This document shows, piece by piece, positions 20,937 through 31,071 of a DNA stretch of 64,000 bases (positions are counted from its first letter, which is position 1; every line of letters starts with the position of its first letter). The DNA is taken from the NCBI GenBank assembly GCA_963804995.1, contig CAWDSK010000006.1:1216001-1280000 (forward strand), in the 5' to 3' direction. A program made the position numbers and the translations under genes. The notes beneath the pieces are model-generated. The model saw nothing but the letters and a program-made list of their open reading frames with translations, was not told the origin of the DNA and did no database searches. The DNA is from an uncultured Acidobacteriota bacterium. GTDB lineage: Bacteria; Acidobacteriota; Terriglobia; UBA7540.

Positions 20937-23444
20937 CTAGATGGTCAGAATCTTCGGCGATACAAAGAAGAGCAGCTCCTGGTCACTGTCCTGGGCATTG
21001 CTGGTCTTAAACAGGTGCCCGATCACGGGGATGCTGCCCAACAGAGGTATATACGTGGCGGACTTGGTCCGGTTCGTCACAGTGACGCCGCCGAAGACCA
21101 CCGTGCCGCCGTCTGGAACCAGTACTTGTGTGGTCGCAGATTGCGTATTGATGTCGGGCCCAGCCTGCGAGACCGTCGCGCCTACGGAGTTGTTGGTGAC
21201 ATTAATGATCATGAAGATGTTGCCATCGTCCGTGATCTGGGGGGTTACCGACAACTGCAAGGTCGCATTGACGTATTGCACGCTGATGGTATTGTTGATG
21301 GAAGTCTGAATGGGAACCTGCGCGCCTTGCATGACCGTCCCCAGGACATTGTTCTGGGTCACGATGGAGGGACGAGATATGGTTTTCGCCTGGTCACGCT
21401 CTTCGGCCGCGGACAGGACAGCATTGATAAAGTAATTGGCGCCCGCGTTGGTAATGGCAGCAACACCGAATCCGCCCGCTGTGGCGGAGGTCTGGGTAAT
21501 GATAGGAGGCGGAGGAGTTAACGAGGTCGGAACCGGAATAGTGGCTTGGGTGCTCCCCCCTGTGCCGGCAGACGTTGTCGTGTGCGTGTTGAAGTAGCCT
21601 CCCGCCAGGGACGACGATAAAGTACGAGAAAAGTTTGCGGTGGCCAGCACAACCCGCGCCTCAATGGAAACCTGCCTTGCTTTCTTGTCCAATTTCGAAA
21701 TGATGCTCTCGATGATGGGAATCTGGGATTGGACATCCGAAATGATCAGGGTGTTGGCGCGGGAGTCCACCAGGACTGTGCCCCGGCGGCTCAACGCGCC
21801 GCCCCCCGTCCAGGTCTTCAGCAAAGCCGCGATCTCCGGAGCCTTGGCGTAGTTAATAGGCCGGAAGATCGACACAAGTGGGGCAGCGTCCATACGGGCG
21901 GCCGCCAGTTTCGTTACCGACTCCTGCTCCGCAGTCAGAGTTGAGAGTTGGGCTATCCGCAGGACGTTACCTTCCAGGATCTTCCCCAATCGGTTGTTCT
22001 TCAAGACAATGTCCAGGGCTTGGTCCCAGGGCACAGAATCCAAGACCAAGGTGACACCGCCATTTACGTTCGGATCGACGATGATGTTCAAGCCGCTAAT
22101 TTCATGGATCAACCTGAAAAAGTCTTTCAGGTCGACATCTTTCAAGTTCAGCGAGATAGGCTCACCCGTGTAGACAGGCGTCTCCTGGCCCGGAGTGGTT
22201 AGACTGCCGGGAGGAGTCGCCTGCGCCGCAAGCGGCTCAGCTTCTTTTCCGGGGGTCAGCGTGCGGGCAGCCCTTTCGGCCCGCAGGGCCTCCGGGGTCT
22301 CACTGGGAGTGGCGGGGAGTGCGGCCGCAGCCAATTGCCGGGCGCCCTTCTCCGTAGTGGGCAAGGTGCTCTGAATATCGGGTTTACCCGGATCTCTCGC
22401 CTCAACCTGCAGGGGGACCGTCACGGCGGGCTTGCGGTCGATGACTTCGGTCGCGGGGGCCGGGGGGAGGGTTGGGGTGACCGTTATCGGCACTGCCTTC
22501 ACCGGAGTCACCGCGGCCACCACAGAGGGCGCGGGCTTTGCCTCCGGCGTACTTACCTCCGGAGCAGGGACGGGGGTCTTCACCACGGCGACGGCGGACG
22601 CGGCCATGCCACGCGGGCGCAACTCAATGCGGACTCCCTCCGGAGTAGCGTGAACGTCGAAGGCCGGATCGCCATTCAAATCCGCCACCACGCGTACCAC
22701 CGGCGGAGTCTTCTCCTGGAACTGCGCGATGCGCACATCCCGCAGCACGAGGGTGTCGGCAGTGTAGGACTTCTGGCGGGAGGCGTTCTCGGCGCCTTCA
22801 ATATCCACCACCAAACGCGCCGGGGTCTTCAGCGTCATCACATGATAGGTTACGGTTCGAGAGGTTGAGACGTCCACGAAAGTCTCGCCCGTCTGACGCT
22901 TGTCCAATGTCACCTTCGAGACCACCACAGGTCCGCTCGCGGACGCGGGGGAAGCCACGGGGGCGGTTGCAACTGCCGGAGGGGCTGCGGGTACGGGGCT
23001 GGGGGAGGCCGCCACAGCAGGAATGCCAGGCGTGGTCTTCCCGAAGAGTAGCCGCAGGGTCGTGCCATCCCTCTCCACCACGAACGGCTCAACTCGCTTC
23101 GTGTCCACCTGGACGCGGGTCACGGGCAGGCCGGAAGCGTCCTGGTATTGCAGGAGCTTGTAGCCAGACATCAGCGGGTTCGACCAGAATCCGCTGCGCG
23201 GAACCCCGCTGGCCTTGGCGCCCACAATATCAATGAAAATTGTATCGGGAGCAGCCTGGGCGGCCTTATAGATATAAGGTCCGTCCACGCGCAAGACCAG
23301 CTCTTGTCCCAAAGGACTCGAGGAGGGAGTGACCGCCTTTAAGGTCGATAGCTCCCCGGCCGCCCAGGCGCGACCTCCTGTGGCCAGGGTCATCCCCAAC
23401 ATCAGCCACCCCACGGTCAGCAATGCCATCGCTTGTCTTCTCAT
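20937..23444 (-). CDS. pilQ: Type IV pilus secretin with AMIN domains
   Basis: Signal peptide, AMIN-like PARLVVDI, YTGEPISLNLKDVDL, VPWDQALD, C-terminal secretin IPLLGSIPVIGHLFK; last gene of pilMNOPQ. Confidence 0.95.
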   Translation of the reverse strand: MRRQAMALLTVGWLMLGMTLATGGRAWAAGELSTLKAVTPSSSPLGQELVLRVDGPYIYKAAQAAPDTIFIDIVGAKASGVPRSGFWSNPLMSGYKLLQYQDASGLPVTRVQVDTKRVEPFVVERDGTTLRLLFGKTTPGIPAVAASPSPVPAAPPAVATAPVASPASASGPVVVSKVTLDKRQTGETFVDVSTSRTVTYHVMTLKTPARLVVDIEGAENASRQKSYTADTLVLRDVRIAQFQEKTPPVVRVVADLNGDPAFDVHATPEGVRIELRPRGMAASAVAVVKTPVPAPEVSTPEAKPAPSVVAAVTPVKAVPITVTPTLPPAPATEVIDRKPAVTVPLQVEARDPGKPDIQSTLPTTEKGARQLAAAALPATPSETPEALRAERAARTLTPGKEAEPLAAQATPPGSLTTPGQETPVYTGEPISLNLKDVDLKDFFRLIHEISGLNIIVDPNVNGGVTLVLDSVPWDQALDIVLKNNRLGKILEGNVLRIAQLSTLTAEQESVTKLAAARMDAAPLVSIFRPINYAKAPEIAALLKTWTGGGALSRRGTVLVDSRANTLIISDVQSQIPIIESIISKLDKKARQVSIEARVVLATANFSRTLSSSLAGGYFNTHTTTSAGTGGSTQATIPVPTSLTPPPPIITQTSATAGGFGVAAITNAGANYFINAVLSAAEERDQAKTISRPSIVTQNNVLGTVMQGAQVPIQTSINNTISVQYVNATLQLSVTPQITDDGNIFMIINVTNNSVGATVSQAGPDINTQSATTQVLVPDGGTVVFGGVTVTNRTKSATYIPLLGSIPVIGHLFKTSNAQDSDQELLFFVSPKILTI

Positions 23445-24136
23445 CTGCCTTCTCCCGGGGCCGAACCCAGTTTCTTAACCACTTCACGAGTCGACACTCG
23501 TCCCAAAGGGTCGAGGACGTTCTCTTTGAAGTAGACTGAGTCCGGCGTGATCTTACTGACTACGCCGTTGTAGACCGGCTCGTTCTCATGGAGGAAATAG
23601 GCCAATCTCCTCTCGTTCGTGACCACGGCAATCATCTTGTTCGTGGTATTCTCACGCACGACCCCCTCGAGTCTGAGCTGCGAAACTATCAGGCCACGCG
23701 TCCCTGGCGGCAGTGCCCCCAGGGCGGAATCCGGAATACCCTCGGCCGTCCCTTTGCCAGGAGGCGGGGGAAGTTTGAAAGGGTCGCGTTTTCCTGAAGC
23801 CGTCTCGGTAGGGCCGGCGCTGGGTTTTTCCCCTTTACGCGGGCGTGCTGCCAGTGCCTTGCCGCGCGGAGCCGGAGTCACCGCGGATTTTTTCCCCGGT
23901 CGAACCGCGCCCACCGGGGGCGGGGGGGGCGCCGGAGCAGGGGTTATCTGAGCGGGCGGCGTGCTGGGTTTCGTCTGCGGCGCCAGATTGTTCCTGATGC
24001 CCTGCAACGCCCCGGTCGCGGGTTCTTGTCCTGCCCAAACCTGGAAGGCTCCCCAACCCACGAGGATTGCTGCCACAAGCAGGAAACGGGTTCCTCTTCG
24101 CATGCTTTCCAACCTTTGCTTAGCCATTGTCCTCAT
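23441..24136 (-). CDS. pilP: PilP-like type IV pilus assembly protein
   Basis: RDPF motif and LRLEGVV...G-V-KI beta domain; lies between pilO and pilQ. Confidence 0.7.
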   Translation of the reverse strand: MRTMAKQRLESMRRGTRFLLVAAILVGWGAFQVWAGQEPATGALQGIRNNLAPQTKPSTPPAQITPAPAPPPPPVGAVRPGKKSAVTPAPRGKALAARPRKGEKPSAGPTETASGKRDPFKLPPPPGKGTAEGIPDSALGALPPGTRGLIVSQLRLEGVVRENTTNKMIAVVTNERRLAYFLHENEPVYNGVVSKITPDSVYFKENVLDPLGRVSTREVVKKLGSAPGEGR

Positions 24137-24144
24137 CCTGCAAA

Positions 24145-24756
24145 CTATTTCTTTTGGGGAGGTGTTGCCACTTCGGGCAGAGGCTTGTTGTAATAAGTCG
24201 TCAGCGTGCAGTTCGCCCCCACCGTCTCACTGGTAAGAACATTGTAAGCCCCCATGCCTCCACCCGCCGGGGTTCCCAATGAGAGACCCGAAACACTTAC
24301 AATGCGTTGTTCATGCGCTAACCGTTCGAAGAAACTCAACAAACTGTAATAGGTTCCATCCAGCCGCAGGGCGAAGGGCATTTCCACATAGAAATCCTTG
24401 ACCGCTTGGGGCTTGGGTATAAAAGTCCGGACATTGACGTTGGTGTTCATCCCGGCGGAGAACACCGTTTTCATGAATTCGTCGGTCGCCTGCTCATCCG
24501 GAACAATCGACCGGAGCGTATCCAACTGCTTTTCCAATTGGGCAATGCGGTTCAGATACTCCGTCTGCTGCTGGCGGAAGGCTTCGTCCCGGTCATTGTC
24601 CGCCTTAAGCTGTTTCACTTGCTTGTCCAGGCTCTCCCGCTTCGCGTTGAGGGGCAGGACGTAGTACCAGAAAGTGCCGCCCGCCAGGGCGAGAGCCACG
24701 ACAACAAAAATAACTCCCTGAACCGGAGTGGGAAGGTCATTAAAGCTCTTAGCCAT
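24145..24756 (-). CDS. pilO: Type IV pilus assembly protein PilO
   Basis: N-terminal TM and coiled coil, FYVEMP...GTYYSLLSFF...RIVSV. Confidence 0.92.
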   Translation of the reverse strand: MAKSFNDLPTPVQGVIFVVVALALAGGTFWYYVLPLNAKRESLDKQVKQLKADNDRDEAFRQQQTEYLNRIAQLEKQLDTLRSIVPDEQATDEFMKTVFSAGMNTNVNVRTFIPKPQAVKDFYVEMPFALRLDGTYYSLLSFFERLAHEQRIVSVSGLSLGTPAGGGMGAYNVLTSETVGANCTLTTYYNKPLPEVATPPQKK

Positions 24757-24787
24757 CTTCGTTACCCTTTCCTAACTACGTTCTGCC

Positions 24788-25453
24788 CTACGTACGGGGA
24801 GCAGGAGGTGGCGCACCATGCGGGCCTCCGGGCGTTGCACCAGGCGCGGGAGGCGTGGTTCCACCCGCGGTCGGCGTGGCCGTTGCCGTGGGCGATTTGA
24901 AATGAACACTCACCGTGAACTTGTACGTCAGTCGGTTGTATTGATCGTCTTGATAGAACTGCACCAACTGGACGTTGTCGAAGGCGCCGGAGTTCTTCAA
25001 GTAGGCCAGAAAATTCGCCATGGAATCCACGGTCCCGGACTGCCCTTTCAGCTCCAGGCGCTCACCGCTGGGAGAGGCGGTGTACAGGTATACTTCGCTG
25101 ACGCGGTTCGCCACATTTCCCAAGGAGGTCATCAGCTCCACCGGCCCCACCCGGCTGTTCTGCAAGGCCTGGATAGTGTTAATCCGTGTCTTGAGGTCTT
25201 TGAGACGCTGCTGATATTTCAGGTTCTGGGCTTTTACCACTTCCAGTTCGGTCTGCCGGATTTTTTCCTTCTTCAGGGATTGTTCGAGTTCCGCGATTTG
25301 GTTGGTCCAGATTTTGTAGATGAAGCCGACGATCGCGAAGCTGACGATCAGGGCACCGACGAACGTCACCACCTGGAAGGCTGTGGACGCCGGCGGGCCC
25401 GGCGCAGCCTTGGTCGGAGGTGGCGCGACTCCCAGTAGGTTGATCTTAATCAT
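24788..25453 (-). CDS. pilN: Type IV pilus assembly protein PilN
   Basis: MIKINLL N-terminus, TM, coiled coil. Confidence 0.92.
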   Translation of the reverse strand: MIKINLLGVAPPPTKAAPGPPASTAFQVVTFVGALIVSFAIVGFIYKIWTNQIAELEQSLKKEKIRQTELEVVKAQNLKYQQRLKDLKTRINTIQALQNSRVGPVELMTSLGNVANRVSEVYLYTASPSGERLELKGQSGTVDSMANFLAYLKNSGAFDNVQLVQFYQDDQYNRLTYKFTVSVHFKSPTATATPTAGGTTPPAPGATPGGPHGAPPPAPRT

Positions 25454-25455
25454 GG

Positions 25456-26514
25456 CTAGTCAAAGCTCCTTAAAGCCAGCCCCACCGCAACACTCATACG
25501 GGGAGCGATTTCTTCCACGTAGCCGACGTCAAATTTCTTGGGATCAATGTTAATCCTTTGAAAGGGGTTGATGGTCTCCACGGGGATGTTGAACTCCGCT
25601 TTGAGCTGATCGACCAGACCTTCGATCTTGGCCGTCCCCCCCGCCACATAGATATGTTGGATGTTATCGGTCGAGGTGGTTTGCCGGAAGAAGTCGAAGG
25701 TCTTCTGGATTTCCAGCATCAGGATTTCCGTCACCGACCGCAGGTGGGGAAGCTTTTGCTCCTGCGTTACGTTGGAAACCTCCAGACCCTGCTTCAGCCT
25801 CTCGGCGTCCTCAAAGCTCAAATCCAGTTCCTTCTGCAAAGTGTCCGTGTACTGATTGCCCCCTACGGAAACGTCGCGGGTGAACAGCGGATTGCCGGAC
25901 CGGCCGATCACAATGTTCATGATGCTGGCGCCGATATTGAGGAGCGCCGCCATCTGGTCGTGGGGAATCACGTAGTTCATCTCAAACGCATTGAAGACCG
26001 CAAACCCGTCGTAGTCCACCACGTAAGGAATCTTGCCGGCCTGGCTCAACACATTGGTGTGGTTCAGAATCTTCTCGCGTTTAACGGCCACCAGCATTAC
26101 GTCGGTGCCGTTTCCCCCGGGCGCGGGCCCCAACGATTGATAGCTCAGGTTCACGTCCGTCATGTCAAAGGGGATGTGCTGCTGCGCCTCGTAAGGGATC
26201 GCACTGTAAAGCTCCTCATCGCTGGTGGCGCCCACGGTGACTCGCTTGACGATGACCGAGTGGCCGGAAACGGAAGTTGCCACGTTCCTGGTCTTGATCC
26301 GGTTCTCATTGAAGATTTTTTCAATGGCCGAGGAAACCGAGAGGGCGTCCATGATGGCGCCGTCGACCACCGTATCCTGCCCCAGGGGTTCAATCCCCAG
26401 GTTCAGGAGTTCATAGGTGTCGCCTTTTTTCCGTAACTCCACGGCCTTGACGGCGCTCGATCCGATGTCCAACCCGACCAGATTTTTCGTTTTTCCTAAC
26501 CCAAACATTGGCAA
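25456..26514 (-). CDS. pilM: Type IV pilus assembly protein PilM
   Basis: VGLDIGSSAVKAVEL, HIPFD, NIGAS, VGGNQYT, AVGLALR. Confidence 0.96.
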   Translation of the reverse strand: MPMFGLGKTKNLVGLDIGSSAVKAVELRKKGDTYELLNLGIEPLGQDTVVDGAIMDALSVSSAIEKIFNENRIKTRNVATSVSGHSVIVKRVTVGATSDEELYSAIPYEAQQHIPFDMTDVNLSYQSLGPAPGGNGTDVMLVAVKREKILNHTNVLSQAGKIPYVVDYDGFAVFNAFEMNYVIPHDQMAALLNIGASIMNIVIGRSGNPLFTRDVSVGGNQYTDTLQKELDLSFEDAERLKQGLEVSNVTQEQKLPHLRSVTEILMLEIQKTFDFFRQTTSTDNIQHIYVAGGTAKIEGLVDQLKAEFNIPVETINPFQRINIDPKKFDVGYVEEIAPRMSVAVGLALRSFD

Positions 26515-26520
26515 TGCTCC

Positions 26521-26742
26521 CTACCGAGCGGTGGCGCGCAGCCTGCGGGACGCGCGCTGTTCAAACTGCGCACTCTGTTTCTCCATCCAACGGTCCAGGA
26601 CGGTCTTCTTGAATTTCCAACGATTACCAAGTTTGAACGCGGGGATTTTCTCTTCGTATACATACTTATAAAGAGTCTCCCGCGAGATTCCGAGGTATTC
26701 GGAGGCTTCTCTGATATCCATGACCTCTCTGGTTTCTACCAT
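26521..26742 (-). CDS. Excisionase-like (HTH_17) DNA-binding protein leading the pil operon
   Basis: VMDIREASEYLGISRETLYKY...IPAFKLGNRWKF; start placed at the ATG at 26742 after GGAAGG. Confidence 0.88.
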   Translation of the reverse strand: MVETREVMDIREASEYLGISRETLYKYVYEEKIPAFKLGNRWKFKKTVLDRWMEKQSAQFEQRASRRLRATAR

Positions 26743-26828
26743 AGCTCTTAACCTTCCGTCGATTTCGCGTCCCAGCACGCTTTCAAAATCTGTCAGATGA
26801 AAAATGCTCAACTACCGTCATTGGTCCG

Positions 26829-26860
26829 CTTATACGCTCTTGACATTTCGGCTGTCAAGA
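26829..26860 (-). promoter_or_regulatory. Sigma-70 promoter (TTGACA-N18-TATAAG) with overlapping palindrome TCTTGACA-N7-TGTCAAGA
   Basis: Minus strand reads TCTTGACAGCCGAAATGTCAAGAGCGTATAAG, upstream of HTH-pilMNOPQ. Confidence 0.65.
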
Positions 26861-27842
26861 TAATTTTTGTTAGTTATAGGGGTTTCTTAGTATTTTCAGG
26901 GGGATTTATCATGGTATCTTAGGGAATTTACCGAAGATATTGTATAGTTGGGCGGTCGAGCCACAACATATGTGCCCACGAATTATTTTGTCCCTGGAGG
27001 GTGTTTTGGGCCGTTTTGACCGGTTTTTAGGGGATGATGTTAGTCCTGCCAAGGAGGAAATGGGCGTTTCTTAGGGGTTCCTCGGAATACCGAATTGCCG
27101 GTGATTTCTCATCGCAAACTCACTCCCAAAACGCGAACCTGCGGGGCGCTGAACTGAGAGTCGCCCCGGCGCTCCCGACATCACCCGCATACGCCACAAA
27201 ACTGCCAGAACCGTCCCTCACTCCGCCCTCGATGACTCTCAGTCCGCCCGGACAGCGTCGCGTGCGTCGTAGCGGACAGTCACGGCCAGTAGAGGCTTTT
27301 TACTTTTGCACTTTGCCTTTTGACTTTTGCATTTTGACTTTTGCCTTTCCTCTGCCTCTCCACCGCGCAGCCCTATCTGCTAAACCTCGTGGGCCAGAAA
27401 TTGAAATCATATCCCTCTCCGAGGGGAAGTCCGGAGGCAAAAAACCTGCCCGTCCGGCTCGACGACGGGTGGGGAGTCAGGCTCGGTGAGGGGTGAGGAA
27501 AACCGGCTCGGCATGGCACGCTCTCCTCCCCGGTTCTTGCGGGCAAGCGACTTTTTGTCATCACTGGGACATGTCCCACTTGTTGCTCTCCGCGGGGCAT
27601 AGCGGGCGAGGTCCCACTTATTTTCCAAACTCCCTACGTTTTTCACCATGCCTTTTCATCAAGGGCTCCGCCGCGCTGCGCTTCTCGAGTTTCAACGAAG
27701 TCCCCCCAAGTTCGATCCCCGCCACTATCTCACCAGGTGCCAAGCCAAGATCGAACTTCGGCGGCCTTCAAAACAGACACGCGTCTATATATAGAGGATA
27801 GCGATAGGCAGTTCCCGGCCGAACCCTACCGGTCACCGCCGG

Positions 27843-28796
27843 TCAGTTGGAGGGCGCTCCGACCCCGCGGGCGAGTTGAAGATCCATATACCCCATCGCC
27901 AATTGCACGCCAATCTGCTTTCCATTCAGGCTGACGGTCATCTGCTCGTAGGGGTTCGCGTGGCCGGGGTTCTGAACCTGCCAGGCGAGTTGCTGGGCCA
28001 TCTTCAGTCCATCCAGAACCTGCCGCAGCGTAACCGCATCTTCCGGGGTCGCGCAGTTGAGCTTCAGGTCCGTAGTGACCTTGTCCGCGGCGTCGATGCT
28101 GTAAGTCAGGGACTCCACCTTTTCGAAGACCTTTGTCCAATCCAGCTTCAGGTTGTTTTGCGTCGAAAGCCAGCTCCCGAACCAATCCGCGACGGATGTG
28201 CCCAGGGCAATCCCCCAGATCGGCGCATCCTTGCGGGTATCCGCTAAGAGTTGCGTAAAGCGCACGTCGGAGCTCAGTCCGGGTGCCTGCCCGGCATGCG
28301 CTTCCAGGATCGAGGTCAAGTCCGCGAGCGGCCCGAAAGCCCCGAGGGAACTCTCCAGAACCACGACGCAGGTTCCCGCCAGGCCCGCCTGCAAGCAATA
28401 GGCCTGCTGACTTCCAATCGGCGTGGGCGTAAGGTTTTGCGCTGCCGCGCGGCTGGCCACCCGCGCCTTATCAAAACGCCCAGAGGCAAAACCGTAGAGG
28501 TCCATTTGTTTGTCGCCCAGCTTCCAGCCCGTCATCAGTTCGTCAATGTTGTCTTCGCGGATTCCGATCTCAGTCAAAGTCGATTCAAGCTGTTGGAGCC
28601 GAGGCCCCACGAAGCGTTGGTGCAAGCTCTGGTAGTTGGTAAGCTTGCGAAGCTTGGCCAGGCTCGAGTATTCCACGCGCAAAGTCTGGGTAGGGAAACC
28701 CGCCACGGCCGTATTGACGAAATCCTGACCGGCGCTATTCTGCACAACACTTGCCAGCGCTATCACGGCCAAAAGCCAAAAAAAGGGGCGTCGCAT
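27843..28796 (-). CDS. Exported hypothetical protein
   Basis: Signal peptide from MRRPFFWLLAVIALASVVQNSAG; long ORF; no catalytic motif recognised. Confidence 0.7.
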   Translation of the reverse strand: MRRPFFWLLAVIALASVVQNSAGQDFVNTAVAGFPTQTLRVEYSSLAKLRKLTNYQSLHQRFVGPRLQQLESTLTEIGIREDNIDELMTGWKLGDKQMDLYGFASGRFDKARVASRAAAQNLTPTPIGSQQAYCLQAGLAGTCVVVLESSLGAFGPLADLTSILEAHAGQAPGLSSDVRFTQLLADTRKDAPIWGIALGTSVADWFGSWLSTQNNLKLDWTKVFEKVESLTYSIDAADKVTTDLKLNCATPEDAVTLRQVLDGLKMAQQLAWQVQNPGHANPYEQMTVSLNGKQIGVQLAMGYMDLQLARGVGAPSN

Positions 28797-28887
28797 GTAT
28801 GCCTCGTGACCAGGTGTGTCGGAATCGCTCGATGTTTCTGGGCGACACACCCCGTTAGGGAAAGAGCACATAAGCCTTCGGCTGACC

Positions 28888-29082
28888 TTAAACATCAATT
28901 TCGCCAGCCGCGCGCAATTCCTTCATCACCTCTTCAATCGGCCGGCGGGGCTCAGATTTGCTTGCCCGGGCGGCACGGCCCATCGCTAAGTCATCCATCA
29001 GATCTTCATACTCTTCGATAGGAAGAATGACAGCAGTCTTGCGCCCTTCAGCATCGGTCACGAATTGAACGTTCTTCTGCAT
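28888..29082 (-). CDS. Orphan antitoxin-like small protein (RelB/StbD-like)
   Basis: MQKNVQFVTDAEGRKTAVILPIEEYEDLMDDL... resembles antitoxins that precede RelE; GAGGGA upstream. Confidence 0.65.
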   Translation of the reverse strand: MQKNVQFVTDAEGRKTAVILPIEEYEDLMDDLAMGRAARASKSEPRRPIEEVMKELRAAGEIDV

Positions 29083-29145
29083 CAACAATTCCCTCACTTG
29101 ATTTTATCACGTCTGCTGCGGAACAGCGGCCATACCTTTGGCGTC

Positions 29146-29255
29146 GGTAGTGTCTCAGTTTGCTTGTCTTGTAGCGGCGGTCTCTGACCGCCGGCTTTTG
29201 ATTCAATAGATTCCGGCGGTCGGAGACCGCCGCTACAGCAAACTGAGACACCACC
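29146..29255. repeat. Nested palindrome: GTAG-REP doublet inside outer inverted repeats GGTAGTGTCTCAGTTTG / CAAACTGAGACACCACC
   Basis: Inner GTAGCGGCGGTCTCTGACCGCCG (29171) and CGGCGGTCGGAGACCGCCGCTAC (ends 29236). Confidence 0.85.
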
Positions 29256-29261
29256 TTGGCG

Positions 29262-30647
29262 TCAGAGGCAGCGCTGGAAAAGTTGATTCAGAAGCTCGAG
29301 GCCCAGGTCCATTTCTTCGCGCGTGATGGTAAATGAGGGCGCGATGGTGAACACGTTCTTATAGTAGCCGCCCACGTCGAGCACCAGCCCGTACTTCTTG
29401 CCGCCCACCGGGATTTCACCAGCCATCCCTTCTGCAAAGATGCGGTCGGTAAGGTCACGGTCAGGCGTGATACCATCTTCCTTGCAAACCTCCAAGCGCA
29501 GAGCCAGGCCCAGCCCGTCCACGTCACCGATGACGCCGGGATAGCGGCTCTGGAGCTTGCGGAGCCCCGCGAGGAAGTATGCACCTTTCTCGTTCACAAG
29601 TTTCTCGTAGTCCCCCTCCTCCAGCATCTTGAGCGTCTCAAGCGCCACGGCGGTGCCCAGCGTGTTGGAGGAAAAAGTTGAGTGCGTGGAGCCGGGCGGG
29701 AAGAGCTCCGGCGTAATCAATTCCTCCCGCGCCCAGATGCCGGAGATCGGGTTCAAGCCATTGGTGAGCGCTTTGCCGAACACAATAATGTCCGGCGTGA
29801 TGCCGAAATTCTCAATCGCCCAGAACTTCCCGGTGCGGTAGAAACCCATTTGAATTTCGTCATCGACGATCAGGATCTTGCGCTCGCGGCAGGTCTGCTG
29901 GAGGCGCTGGAAATAATCCCGTGGCGGGATAACGTAGCCCCCGGTTCCCTGCACCGCTTCGATGTAGAAGGCGCCGAACTCCGCGGTCTTCGCCTTGGCG
30001 TCCCAAACGGCGTGATACTCATTATCGAAGAGCGTCGCGAACTGATCGTGGCAATAAAGATTGCAAGTCTCGGGCTTAAGGTTATAGATACAGCGGAAAC
30101 AATAAGGATAGAAGATGAACTGCGCCCGGTCACCGAAGTGCCCGTAACGCCGCCGGTAGCGATAACTCGAGGTGATGGCGGATGCCCCCAGCGTGCGCCC
30201 GTGGTAGCCGCCCATGAACGCGAACATCAGGTTCTTACCGGTGTAGTTGCGAACCAGCTTAAGGGAATCCTCGATGGCCTGTGCGCCGCCCACGTTGAAA
30301 TGTACGCGCCCTTTGACGCCGAAACGCTTTTCACAATACTGCGCAATGCGCGCCGCCACTTCCACTTTCTCCGCGTGCAGGTACTGGCAGGCAAGCTGGG
30401 GCAGACGATCGATCTGCCGCTTGAGCGCCTCGTTCAGGCGGGGATTCTTGTAACCAAAGCTCGCGGCGGAATACCACATCTGGAGGTCGAGATAAGGCGT
30501 GCGCTGCTCGTCGTAGAGGTAGCTGCCCTCGCAATCCACAAAGATCTTCGGCGGGTCAAGATAATGCACCGTGTCGCCGAACGAGCAGTACTTCCGCTCC
30601 AGAGCCAGCAGTTCTGCGGTACGCGTCGTGGAATCAGAAATGGCCAA
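29262..30647 (-). CDS. Class III PLP aminotransferase (candidate DHAP:serinol-phosphate type)
   Basis: YLDLQMWYSA, GGYHGRT, EAVQGTGG, DDEIQMGFYRTG, PDIIVFGKAL, THSTF. Confidence 0.92.
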   Translation of the reverse strand: MAISDSTTRTAELLALERKYCSFGDTVHYLDPPKIFVDCEGSYLYDEQRTPYLDLQMWYSAASFGYKNPRLNEALKRQIDRLPQLACQYLHAEKVEVAARIAQYCEKRFGVKGRVHFNVGGAQAIEDSLKLVRNYTGKNLMFAFMGGYHGRTLGASAITSSYRYRRRYGHFGDRAQFIFYPYCFRCIYNLKPETCNLYCHDQFATLFDNEYHAVWDAKAKTAEFGAFYIEAVQGTGGYVIPPRDYFQRLQQTCRERKILIVDDEIQMGFYRTGKFWAIENFGITPDIIVFGKALTNGLNPISGIWAREELITPELFPPGSTHSTFSSNTLGTAVALETLKMLEEGDYEKLVNEKGAYFLAGLRKLQSRYPGVIGDVDGLGLALRLEVCKEDGITPDRDLTDRIFAEGMAGEIPVGGKKYGLVLDVGGYYKNVFTIAPSFTITREEMDLGLELLNQLFQRCL

Positions 30648-30789
30648 AGGGCCTCCGTATTAATTGTCGATTTTCGATTGCCGATTTGCGATCGCCAAAT
30701 CACTGTCTCAGACGTAGCATGCGGAACGTTTTCGGGCCAACTTCCAATTAAACGATCTACTCCTCGGCGTCGTCGTACTTTTCTGGATA

Positions 30790-31071
30790 CTATTCCAGAA
30801 AGCGGCGTTGGCTCGCGTGAAAGACACCCCGGATGCTCACATAATCGGCGAGGACTCGATAGAATACGACGTAAGGAGTGTCGGAAACCACAAGTTTGCG
30901 GAGTCCGGTCTCATCGACCTTTGCTCCCATGTTGGGGAATTCCCCAAGCCGGAGGACAGCCCTTTGAATGCGGTCGACCGTATGCTCGGCCGCTTCATCC
31001 GACAGGCCGGAGAGATAATTGCCAATCCCGTCGAGATCGCCATAGGCCTTCTTGGCCCAAAGGACGGTCAT
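30790..31071 (-). CDS. RelE/ParE family toxin
   Basis: VLWAKKAYGDL...L.EFPNMG...GLRKLVV..TPYVVFYRV...IRGVFH; overlaps the antitoxin stop (ATGA). Confidence 0.9.
   Translation of the reverse strand: MTVLWAKKAYGDLDGIGNYLSGLSDEAAEHTVDRIQRAVLRLGEFPNMGAKVDETGLRKLVVSDTPYVVFYRVLADYVSIRGVFHASQRRFLE

Noticed and set aside
26521..26742. Prophage or ICE excisionase
   Set aside because: No integrase, att site or phage genes nearby; the gene is tightly coupled to pilM
27100..27300. TPP riboswitch or other ncRNA (CTGAGA and GAACCTG present)
   Set aside because: The motifs are in the wrong order, no thiamine gene lies downstream, and I could not support a known fold by eye
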